A stretch of 62,604 nucleotides of DNA, counting the filler, from Globobulimina sp. (lineage: Eukaryota), in assembly GCA_003354225.1 (NCBI GenBank). It is 20 parts of 20 records of this genome, joined end to end, with 100 filler letters (N's around TTAATTAATTAA, not from the genome) between each part and the next. Parts side by side here need not be neighbours in the genome. Positions count along the whole stretch, not along the records: positions 34,500 to 37,534 come from PIVH01003940.1; positions 37,635 to 40,669 come from PIVH01003941.1; positions 40,770 to 43,804 come from PIVH01003942.1; positions 43,905 to 46,938 come from PIVH01003943.1; 16 more parts are not named here. One strand, written 5' to 3'. The notes under the pieces were generated by a model, which was not told where the DNA came from, made no database searches, and saw nothing but the letters and a program-made list of their open reading frames with translations. Position 1 is the stretch's first letter. The number at the start of each line of letters is the position of its first letter. Positions 36,215 to 47,038 of the stretch are shown here, piece after piece. Position numbers and translations under genes: made by a program.

Positions 36215-37321
36215 ATGAACTCTATTCTCCAAAAAGCAGTTCGTCATATCCCAGCGATACGAAATCCAAGAACCGGTGTACCATTTCTTTCGACAGACTT
36301 ATTATATTCGCGTTACAATTACCATGGCCCTCATTCAGCATTAAAATGGATCCATGCCAAGGCCAATGATTTTTGTGTTAACGAGTTAGAAATGAATGTC
36401 CACCCTCATCCAGGATCAGTGGGCTCTTTTTATTATCCCGACGCGACTGATTTGCATCGTGTAATGGTGGCGTCGAGCTGGTTTATGGTAATATTTTATT
36501 TGGACGATTTATGTGATGAACCCGAGAAATTCATGCAAGACAATCCAGGGCATATACAAAAGTATTCTGGTCTGAATTTTATGGATCAAATGGAAAAAAC
36601 AATCGATCGCATTTTAGATAACCCAGATTATGAACTATCTGACTTCGAAACGAGCATTCCTGTTTATTCGGGCTTATCCAAATTAGTTAAACACACCGTA
36701 GCCGACATTGAGAATTGCGAATTCATCCAACGGTATTTATCCAACGTCAAACAATGTATTCATCGCATTATCACAGAGCCGAAATCGACAGATGTCGAAG
36801 TAAATGATATCAATGAATATATCAAAATTCGTAAGAAGGAGTCTGGCTTATTTTGGGTGATTAACCTCATTGAATATGTGCATAATAATTATTTAACCGA
36901 GTATGCAGACATTGTGTCTGTAATTCCAGAGTTGCAAACCGCGCAGGAATTGGCGTGCGCGACTTATGCATTAGGCAATGATATGCACGGATACATTAAC
37001 GATATGCACAGAGATAATACGTTAATAAATGTAGTGTTGAAATCGCGGTATGACAATAATATGTTGTTTTTGCCGCATGCAATCGATGAAGCATTGGCTG
37101 TTGTTAATCAATTATATGTTGCAGCGAATGATGTCATTGATAGATGTTCGCATTTAGCTGAAGAGAATAAGGGTTTTCTGTCTCTGTCTGCGCAGCAAAT
37201 TGGAAGTGTTAAGTTACTTTGTGAAGGAATGAAAACAATAATGATGAGCGAATTTCATTACGCAAACGCGGGTCCACGCTATAAATCAAAACATCATTTT
37301 ATGATTGATATGCGATTATAA
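36215..37321 (+). CDS. Class I (microbial-type) terpene synthase/cyclase
   Basis: DDxxD (YLDDLCDE), PPi-sensor Arg (YIKIRKKESG), NSE/DTE-like LGNDMHGYIND and C-terminal YxxxxxRY (YANAGPRY). Single domain, 368 aa, no introns. Confidence 0.82.
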   Translation: MNSILQKAVRHIPAIRNPRTGVPFLSTDLLYSRYNYHGPHSALKWIHAKANDFCVNELEMNVHPHPGSVGSFYYPDATDLHRVMVASSWFMVIFYLDDLCDEPEKFMQDNPGHIQKYSGLNFMDQMEKTIDRILDNPDYELSDFETSIPVYSGLSKLVKHTVADIENCEFIQRYLSNVKQCIHRIITEPKSTDVEVNDINEYIKIRKKESGLFWVINLIEYVHNNYLTEYADIVSVIPELQTAQELACATYALGNDMHGYINDMHRDNTLINVVLKSRYDNNMLFLPHAIDEALAVVNQLYVAANDVIDRCSHLAEENKGFLSLSAQQIGSVKLLCEGMKTIMMSEFHYANAGPRYKSKHHFMIDMRL

Positions 37322-37658
37322 CGTACCACGAATTGTGTGCAATTGTATATTTATATTATTAGAAAGAGTGTGTTTTTGTGTGTCGAGTTTTAGTATTTTT
37401 TTTTGTTTTTATATACCTTTTTGTGTTTTCCTCTCGATCTAGTTGTGTGTTGTTTGTTGTTGTGCAATGTATCCAAAATCCAATTGTAATGAGGACGTAT
37501 AGGTATACTTGTACTTAGTATTTTGTTTTTAAGTNNNNNNNNNNNNNNNNNNNNNNNNNNNNNNNNNNNNNNNNNNNNTTAATTAATTAANNNNNNNNNN
37601 NNNNNNNNNNNNNNNNNNNNNNNNNNNNNNNNNNCAAATCACAACAAAACAAACTCGG

Positions 37659-39849
37659 TTAATTTAGTAAGTCAATGAGAGTAAGGATGTTCGTACAGAG
37701 TTCATCAATTTTAATGTTTGGTTCTTGCGCATTTTGTTTGATATTCTTTTGTGTTTTGCATATAAATGATTTGATGTCCTTTGTCAATAAATCATAACAG
37801 TTTTGACAATATTGCCGTCTGCCAGTCATATTTATGTCTTTGTCATTCACAATTTCTATTTTCAATGTGTCAATAATTAATGAAGAAAAAGTTTCTAATA
37901 AAAACTTTATGTAATTTAATATTGTAATAATTACATTTTCATTCTTTATATCCAATTGTTTTAAATCAATGACAGATAACAAAAGATAACAAAATCTGAA
38001 TGAAAATGTTTTGTTAGATATATCCTTTAAAATTGATCCAACAAAACTTATAAACAATGCATTATTCCCTTTGCAATCATTATCATTTTGTATTTGTGTT
38101 ATTATCTCCATAAATTCATTTGTTTTCTTTTTTTTCCATAAAGATTTCAATTGCCGTAAATATCTTAATCGAGTTGATAACATACGAAGGATTGGAATAT
38201 GATCCGTCATCATGCTCCTTTTTATTTTGATAAGTTCTCTTTCATCGAAATCTACCAAATGTTTCGGAATAAATTGCGCAAATTTCAAATTTTTATCTAT
38301 TAAAATAGCATTCTCTTTGTTTGTTAGGTTGTCATTTGTATCATTTCCTTCATTTTTAGTTGGACTTCTCTTCAATTGTTTATTTGTTATAAAAGCATCA
38401 TTTTTTTTTTCATTTTCTTTATCCTTTTCTTTCGTTTTTGGTAGAAGGGGAATAATGTTTTTCCGTTTGGCTCGCTTCTTTCTGACAATGTCAGCGGCTT
38501 CGAAGAAAGATTTTGTCCACATTTCCTGCGGCATATTTTTCAAACAGTTTGGCATATTAATATTGATATTTTCACCTAAAGTTTCTGTTTTTGTTTCAAT
38601 GGTTTGCGTATTCTGTGTACTTCCATTGCTTTGCATATCGGTTTTATTGGTTTGCATATTCTGTGTACTTTCATTGTTAATATTCTCTTTTTTTTGTATA
38701 TTATCGGTTGGAATATCTTCTTCATCAATTTCTTCAAATTCATCATCATCATAAACATCTTCGTCTTTTTCTTGAATGGTTGACACTGATATTGATGGCG
38801 TATAATACTGCTCAATTTTCTTTTGTTGATCATTATTGTTTTCGAATATTTGACCAATATCAGTCAACCAAACAATAACTTTGTTTCTATTTTTATCCAA
38901 TTCCAAACAAATTAAATCATTGTAACCTTTCATATGCTGCATGTCACCAATTGTATTGTTCCAATGCACAGATACATTATTTACACAATAAACTGGTAAA
39001 GGCTGCCATTGCCATATTCGTAGTGATTGATTGGATGCGGAAAACACAAATTGATTTTCTTGATTATCGTCAGTATTCTGCGGAAATAATATTTTTTGGA
39101 TTGGTGTTGTAACTTTAGATGTTCTTGAAATATGTTTCATTGTTTCCAAATCCCAAAAACGAACAACTTTACCAACAGCTGTAGCCAATACTAACTCTTC
39201 CGGGTGAAATAATACATCATTTATTGCCTGTTTATCATGAAATTCATGCAAGCATTTTGATGTTGAAATATCCCATAATTTTGTATGGCCAATGCTGTCA
39301 CCTGAAACTATCCAACTTCCGTCGGGGCTGAAATCAATACAATTTACGGCATTCCCATGACCTTTGAATGTGGAAATGCTTGTTTTTTGTCGAATGTCCC
39401 ATATTTTTATATTCGAATCACTGGAGGATGATACTATTAATGTTGTACCGTTATTAAAATCGAAAAAATTAAGATCTTTTATTTCCGACCGATGTTCACC
39501 GTAATTCCGAACTAATTTATTTTCATTTAAATCATATATTTTTATACCACCCCCAATGTTGCCGGAGCCTAACAAGTTATTATTGTTATTATTATTATTC
39601 AAAGCAACACAAGTAATCGCCAAGTTTGATTCAAATGAAGATATGCTTTCATTTTCTCCAATTTTCCAGATTTTAATAGCTCCATTTTCATGGCCAGTTG
39701 CAAACGATTGTAATGATGATTTGTTCAATGATGCACATTGAATAGATGACTTTTCATCCGGTGATGTTTTATCTGAATAAAAACATTATATTGGCACATA
39801 TGATGTGATTGGATTACATATGAAACACACATATTTTTCGGCTCTCCAT
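37659..39849 (-). CDS. KATNB1: Katanin p80 WD40 subunit B1
   Basis: WD40 repeats (SSDSNIKIWDIR, FKGHGNAVNCIDFSPDGSWIVSG, FHPEELVLATA..VRFWDLET), an acidic linker and a C-terminal con80-like region (HIPILRMLSTRLRYLRQLKSLW). Intron 39773..39830 links to ATG 39849. Confidence 0.85.
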
Positions 39850-39930
39850 AGTGACCATAAATAACTGTGAAAAGATGGTTTTTTATAGGTCCTAAAAAGC
39901 GTTTTTTTTGAACAGGTTATAACTCTGAAC

Positions 39931-40669
39931 ATGACAACAATGGGAGTACTCACAGCTTGTTGGTCGATAGTTAGCGTACTACCCAGAGATAACTGGCATA
40001 CAAACAACTCAGAAACACCAGTCGGTTCATACAAACAACTCTATGCTGAATGTATAACCAGATACAATGAAATGCAATATCAAGTCGTCAGAAATGTTGA
40101 GATATTGTTTTTAAACCAAACAAGTAACATTTTGCAGCCAGAAATGAATAAGCCAAATCTTAATATCCTGGATTTAGACGAAACACTTATAGATCAACGC
40201 GATGAGCAACGCACGCCAATACCACTCGGAAATGAACAAGAATTGCAACAATTACATAGACAAATATCAATGCACAATTCGAGGGATCTTCTGTTTGGTT
40301 TAACATTCATAAAAGACGATGACAAAGAAACTCACCATTATGCTGATTTAGTTATTTTTAGACCTTTTTTAATGAGTTTTATCAGAGAACAACAAGTCTC
40401 ATCCAATTTCATTATTTATTCAAACGCTGTGCCATTTAATATTATTCGGCATTTAATTTTAATTGAAATGTATTATAATTATGCGTATCAGGCAAATCCT
40501 TTATTGTCAGCAAAATCTGAATTATCAATGTTTAAATTTGATTATGTTATATCTAGAATGCCAGATACAAATTATGATGTTGTTGATAAATCATTGGTTA
40601 CCGTCTCAAAACTAATTGGTGATATAACACATTTTAAGACTGTTCGTATTGTGGATGATCTCGGTGATG
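39931..40669 (+). CDS. NIF/FCP1-like HAD phosphatase, 3'-truncated
   Basis: ILDLDETLI (DxDxT), FRPFL, IIYS and IVDD motifs. Confidence 0.72.
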
Positions 40670-40779
40670 NNNNNNNNNNNNNNNNNNNNNNNNNNNNNNN
40701 NNNNNNNNNNNNNTTAATTAATTAANNNNNNNNNNNNNNNNNNNNNNNNNNNNNNNNNNNNNNNNNNNNATGCTTGCAA

Positions 40780-43700
40780 TTATTTATGATAATACTTGTA
40801 ATCTAAATGAATATTTGCATCATTTTCATTTAATCCTTCAATTCCAATATATATTTTAATTTGCGTATCACCAAAAAAGAAAGCAATGGGAATATCATTC
40901 GAATCATTATTTTTATTTATCCATTCTTTTGGTAATCTAATTTTTTTGGTTGCCAATAATTTACATTTCCTGTCATCGGTAAATAATCTCATTTTTTTTT
41001 CTTCCTCCCTTTCCTCTTCAAATTCAAATAATTTTATCTCAATCACTTGCGAATCTTTGTCAATCGGTTTAAAATATTGTATCTTTGGCGGATCGTCAAT
41101 CTGTAATTCATCGCCGCAGCTCACAAATTTATAAAACACACAATCAACAAATTTATTCTTCAAATGCCCATCTAACACTATTTTATCTGCGATATATTTC
41201 TCATTTTCATATTTGTCTAACAATGATACGCCATCATCATTTTCTTCCTCATCTACCTCAACAGCGACATCTGTATCATTCCTATACGTAATATATTGAT
41301 TGTATGTATCTTCAAAATCACGTAAACTTTGTCTTATTTCTATGCCAATGGTGTTTCGCAGTATTCTCGATTTCACATAACATTGATTCTTGCAATACAA
41401 CGCAGCCCCGGTCACGACCTGTAATATCGGTCTGCGTGGAATCACAATCCGCAATTTATACTTTGATCTCATCCCAAACATATTTAACAATTTATATCCC
41501 ACATATTTGGATTCACAAAAACCTCCCGCTAACAATAAATATTTAAACTCGTGTTTGACTGACAATTTATCGATCAAATCCGAGATATGATTACAAATTG
41601 GAATTACTACGCAATCGAATAAATATTGCCATACAATGTCATGTATTTTTAAATGCTGATCCTCTAACACCAAATACCCGCATTCTACGCCAATGTTCTG
41701 ATTGGAATAATCATTGAATAATGTCTCCAGTTTTTGAACATCCACATCTTCGTCTTCCACCATTGTATTATTAATATTTTCCAACTTCTCCTCCAAAAAC
41801 TGAATGAATTCAAATGGTAATTTAACATTATGATAACTGGCCACTCCGACCTTATCATCGCAAAACGTTCCATCAAAGTTACGTTTCTGCCAAAAATTGT
41901 GCTTCGAAATTTGGAAAAAATGCAGCAATTCCACATATTTGTGAGGCTCATTGATTTTAAATTCTTTCATCCACCGTTTGGATATTATTTTGCTTAATAA
42001 ATTCACAAACTCCTCGTCAATGAATGTAGAGCCAAAGGGACCTCCCGACGGCTTATAGATTTCGCGCACATTGTATTGTGACAAGATTTCATGGCAAACC
42101 AAGTCGGCAGTCCCGCCGCCTAAATCCGCCAATATATACTTCTCGCCTCGCGCAAAGAATTTGTCTCGTTCAGAAAAAGCTGATTTCTTCACATTTGACA
42201 GTTTTTCCTTTTCCTCCATATCATAACCAGGCGTTTCTACATTTTTATTCTGCTTTTTCTTTTGTTTCGGTTTAGTTTTCTGTTTATAATCATCGTTGTC
42301 ATAGTCATCATTATCACTGTCACTGTCAAACAAATCAGGGCCAAACATCGAAGTTCCTTTGCCAAGCTTTCGCTGATTAGTAGCCGTATTATTTTTGTTT
42401 GCGATTACTTTTTTTTTAAGTGTTTGAAATCTTTGTTTCTTTTGGGTTTGGTATTCGTGCTGAATAGCAATAGAAGCACAATCTGGTTCAAATGCAATGA
42501 TCAAATGATTGGTGATGTTGGTATTAATTAAGCCCGATTTTGCAGCACAATGCATCATAATTCCTTTGCTGCGATGGGACCAAATTGCGGGTACAGTTAA
42601 TACCCATTGACAATCATCCACAGCCACATCCAAACCATTTCTATTCATTACATGCAAAGCATGCGTTTTTACAAATTTTAGTGCTTCGATGATAACCGTT
42701 TTTGAGTCGCATTTTTCTCCATTGATTGCGGTCAATTCTTCATTAATATCTTCTTTTTCGTCATCTTTTGATGAGTCAATTGCAAACAATGCCATTTTAA
42801 ATTTCTCAAAAAACAATAAATCATTTTTCTCCTCCTCCTCCTCTTCATCTTCATCATCAACCTCCAGTTTCATGTACATTTCCCGCGCTCTCTGCCCAAA
42901 TGCAACATGTCTAAAACCATTGTTTCTGTCCAATAAAATATTTGTTTTTAATTTTGTGTCAACAATTCTGTCATCGCCACCCCAGTCTGCACATAACATA
43001 AACATATCCATTAAAATATATATATACAAACAAATTAAAGAATATTCAACTAACATACCAGGACAATACACCTCGTCGTCATGCGGCAAACAGTACGAAA
43101 ATGCGGTGCCATCCGTTCCAAAGTCGATGCCACAAAAAACTTTAAATATATGATTTTGCTTTGCGTCGAGGAACAATCTCCGTGCGCGCTGTTGTATTAT
43201 TTGTGTATGTTTCACTTGTTTCGATATGGTAATTGCAGTCGATATCGAATGATAAACGGCACCAAATAATTGCTGACACGCTGTCAATTCACTCGTATTC
43301 ACAGTATATTCTATATTTGCTCCACTTTGCTTGAATACATCGATCATTTTATTCACATTCTTTGTTTTCGACGCAATGTGATATTCAATTCTTTTCTCTT
43401 TCATTGCCAATAAAATGTCTTCGTGGTCTGCATCCTTTGCATGTTTATCAGGAAACCGATCTCGTTCCTTCTTTCGGGATGAAATATATTGCTGCAATGC
43501 CTCTTGTCGACGCGTATCATTTTCAAATTGAAATATCCAGGCAAATTCCCACGAATCTCGACCAAAAATATCCGCACAAATCTCCGAATCATACTGCATA
43601 AATTCCATGAGTTGCAATCTGTTTTCCTCGATTTCGTCAAAAAAAGAATGATATTGGACACCGTGCGGAGGGTCGTCACAAATATGGAATAATACTTTGG

Positions 43701-43804
43701 TCGGTGAGCTCCATTTAAGTGATAATGAGGCATACAAACCACCCAATACATCTTCGCACCGATCACCGCCACCTCCATCGGTTTTGATTTGTTGCACGAA
43801 ACTG
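40780..43804 (-). CDS. vWA domain fused to an HSPA12-like Hsp70, 5'-truncated
   Basis: GGGDRCEDVLGGL...W...FHICDDPPHG is vWA of the VwkA alpha-kinase type. GIDFGTDG, WVLTVPAIW, FEPDCAS, DLGGGTAD, GSTFIDEEF and AGGFCES are HSPA12-like. In-frame intron at 42987..43058. Confidence 0.8.
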
Positions 43805-44198
43805 NNNNNNNNNNNNNNNNNNNNNNNNNNNNNNNNNNNNNNNNNNNNTTAATTAATTAANNNNNNNNNNNNNNNNNNNNNNNNNNNNNNNNNNNNNNNN
43901 NNNNACTAAATGTACCTTTAACGCATTTGTTACCTTATATAACGTTTTTGTCAGCCAGCAATTCATTTCTGTACAGACGCAAAGTTCTTTATTCCCAACA
44001 ACGCCTATAAAAGTAACTTTATTTTTGTTTTACTGTACTATGCAAAAACTGTGATTGTATACACAACAGAAACGAAAAACACTTTTATAATACCTAGTGA
44101 TCACAAACAGAAGCAAAAAAACAAAAATTTGTGATTATAAATAACTTACAAAACGCCACACAAAATAAACTAAGACAAAAAAACCACTCAAAATAATA

Positions 44199-45913
44199 TT
44201 AACGAGAATAAAAATTACAATTTGAGAATGTACAATTTTGAAATATCCTTTCCATCGATTCTTGATTGCCACCGTTTCCATTGCCATTGCCATTGCCACC
44301 ATCGCCATTGCCATCATTTGGCATTGATACATTAATATCGATATCCATTGATTGATTATTATTATTTCTTTGTTGATTTGCTAATTGTAATTGATTATTA
44401 TTTGATTTTTCCTCTTCTTCTTCACTTTTCTCCTCATCCTCATCCATAAAAACCACCTCATTCATAATATCTGCCGCTTTACGTTTATTTCTTATCGCAT
44501 TATCAAAATAACTCTCTGCGATTTGATCACTTTTCCAATCGCCAAACTTCTTTAATTGTAATAATGTGACCTGGACAGACAAAAAAAGTAAGTGTTTGTC
44601 AAAAAAAAGAGACTTTACATACTTCTCCTTTACAAAAATTCGATGCCGCCGTCCGCCGAATAGTATGTCCCGTATATCTCCACCAATTCGCTAATCCTAA
44701 TTCCTTTGCTATTTTCTTTGTGTTTTCACCAAAATATCCACGTCCAAGAGGTTGATAATGGTGGCGATATCGCCCCGTTTTTTTACTTTTTCTTCGTTGC
44801 CATAAAAATCTTGATCCATATCGTCCACCTTTGCGATTCCAATATTTCTTTGTAACTTTCATATATTTCAATATCCGATCCACCGATTTCTTGTTTGTTA
44901 CCATAAAATTTGTAAATTTCTTCGTCTTTGCTTTATAATAATAAAATCTTACCGCTTTCATTGACTTTGATAATGAATTCTTTTTTGATCCATGTTTTGT
45001 GGCTGTTTTTGTTTAAAAACACAAAATAAATACAAAATAAATATAAATATAACATACTATTATGATAAATGACTATTTTTTCATCATCGGATCTATGATG
45101 ATACAAATTCGTATAATCAATGGGTCTGAAACACCCATTTAATCCCACAATCAATGTAATTTTATCTGCCATAAATTCTTCATCGTCCGCATCACTTAAA
45201 AACTGCCTTATTTCTTCCGCTTTAAATACCGCTGCCTTTTTAACCGACTTTCCCTCCGCATACCGCTTCAACCATTTCCTTGCCAATGCCCATGATTCCG
45301 TATTAATGTCATACTTCGTTAATAATATTGATTTTATGCCACTATAATAAGTGTACATACTCGTATGCGCCGCGCCGATATCACTCATAGTTTCAAACCA
45401 CATCATCATCGTTGTTTCATTCAGCTCCAATTTGTATTCAATAACGAATTTATTGAATCGATTAAAATATTTTGTATATGTGCCAGCACTCGCTGTTGGC
45501 AATAAATTTGACTTTGAACGGTTGATTAATCCATTTAATGTTTGATTAATTGCTGTATCTTCATTTAATTGAATAATATTGATATTTGCATCAATATTCG
45601 ATGCGTTATGATCATCGACAGATTCTTGTTTATCTGACGATATTATTTTTGGTATATTTATATTTGAAAACAGATTAATATCTGCTTCTAATAAATTGAA
45701 TATTGCATAGTTTTGATTAATAATTTGATTTGAATTAATTGTATTATTGACTGTGTTGAGAATATATTGATTTTTGAATGATATTAATGGGAATGTCCAT
45801 GCATGAAATTGAGGAATAGACTGTGTTGACTGTAGCATATCGATGCATATAATGACTGTGATGATCAGTGTGTGAGTAGACACGACTAAGTGCGACATAA
45901 TGACATGTTGCAA
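44199..45913 (-). CDS. Tyrosine recombinase, 3 exons
   Basis: GT-AG introns 45003..45057 and 44571..44622 fuse three ORFs in frame. Catalytic set: R (NGCFR), K (KAKTK), HxxR (GHTIRRT), W (FGDWKS), Y (AESY). An N-terminal core-binding-like region is present. The start codon is uncertain. Confidence 0.88.
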
Positions 45914-46217
45914 ATTAAAGTTAGTAAAGACTTAAAACTGGTTTTTTTATCTTCTGCTTAAATCTTAAAGTCGCAAAGCACTGCAAACCTTAAACGTTGC
46001 TCAAGAAACCTGAAACTGCACAAAATCTGGATATATTACAAACGTTATTTCGGACGCTACCAATTAAAGGATATCAATTAAATTAAATTGAATACACAAA
46101 ATAGAAAAAAGAAACAAAGCATCCACACAATATTGTATTATAAAGAAAGGGATATTATTTAGTTTATTATTTAGTTTATTATAAATATACATATTATTAT
46201 TTAGTTTATTATTTAGT

Positions 46218-46694
46218 TTAATGATATTCATTATATGTCTGAATATCGGCGATATGCTGGATTTTATTCGCTGCCGCATTCGCTTTCGCCTCTTCCAACT
46301 CTCGCTTCACTTTATGATATGCCGCCGCTCGCGCAATCCTCCATTTTTTATTCACCCGATTCATGCCAGTCATCCTCACCAATTTCTCATTCAAATCAGC
46401 AATTTTCTTGGATTTGTCATCCAATGCGGCAGCTAATTCATGCGAGAAATCATCTAAATCGCAATTTAATATAAATTTTTGATCTAATTGATCAAATTTA
46501 TATTTTCTTAATCTTTCATCTAAAATTTCTTTCTCTGATTCCAATGTGCATATCTCGACATGCATGGAATAAATCTTTTCATCTTGATTTGCTAATTCGA
46601 GCTCTAAATCCACCACTTTTTCATAATCCACAAATTTTTTCTCGTCTCCACCATCTTCTTTGTCGACTGGTGCCTGTTTTTTCTGCTGGGACAT
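46218..46694 (-). CDS. Coiled-coil protein, second ORF of the YR element
   Basis: 158-aa ATG-initiated ORF rich in heptad E/L/K, co-oriented with the YR gene and inside the inverted repeats. Confidence 0.6.
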   Translation of the reverse strand: MSQQKKQAPVDKEDGGDEKKFVDYEKVVDLELELANQDEKIYSMHVEICTLESEKEILDERLRKYKFDQLDQKFILNCDLDDFSHELAAALDDKSKKIADLNEKLVRMTGMNRVNKKWRIARAAAYHKVKRELEEAKANAAANKIQHIADIQTYNEYH

Positions 46695-47038
46695 GTTTTA
46701 TGAGAGTGCTAGGAAGGAGTTTTAGTAAGGAGTTTTAGTTTAGTTTTAGACAAAAAGTTCAGAAACAACACAAAACACAAATATAAATATCATTATCATA
46801 TTATTAAAACAAGCACTTTTTGAATATTTTTTATTCTCCCATGAAACCAATCAAAAATCCGAAACCATATATTATTTGTTTTTAATATGATAATACCAAA
46901 TTCCCTATATGGTCATTATTGGGAATAAAGCATCGTATNNNNNNNNNNNNNNNNNNNNNNNNNNNNNNNNNNNNNNNNNNNNTTAATTAATTAANNNNNN
47001 NNNNNNNNNNNNNNNNNNNNNNNNNNNNNNNNNNNNNN

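Larger units (their letters stand above)
43987..46930 (-). mobile_element. Crypton-like tyrosine-recombinase DNA element bounded by inverted repeats
   Basis: CTTTATTCCCAA (43987..43998) and TTGGGAATAAAG (46919..46930) form a perfect 12-bp inverted repeat that extends imperfectly to ~23-25 bp. They enclose a YR gene and a second ORF and nearly coincide with the contig ends. Confidence 0.72.

Noticed and set aside
44933-45060. Frameshifted or pseudogenised recombinase, or programmed frameshifting
   Set aside because: Canonical GTATGT...CAG introns of typical size explain both frame changes exactly.
34500-46938. A multi-gene cluster spanning terpene synthase, katanin, Hsp70 and recombinase
   Set aside because: The genes lie on different contigs joined artificially; only within-contig adjacency is informative.
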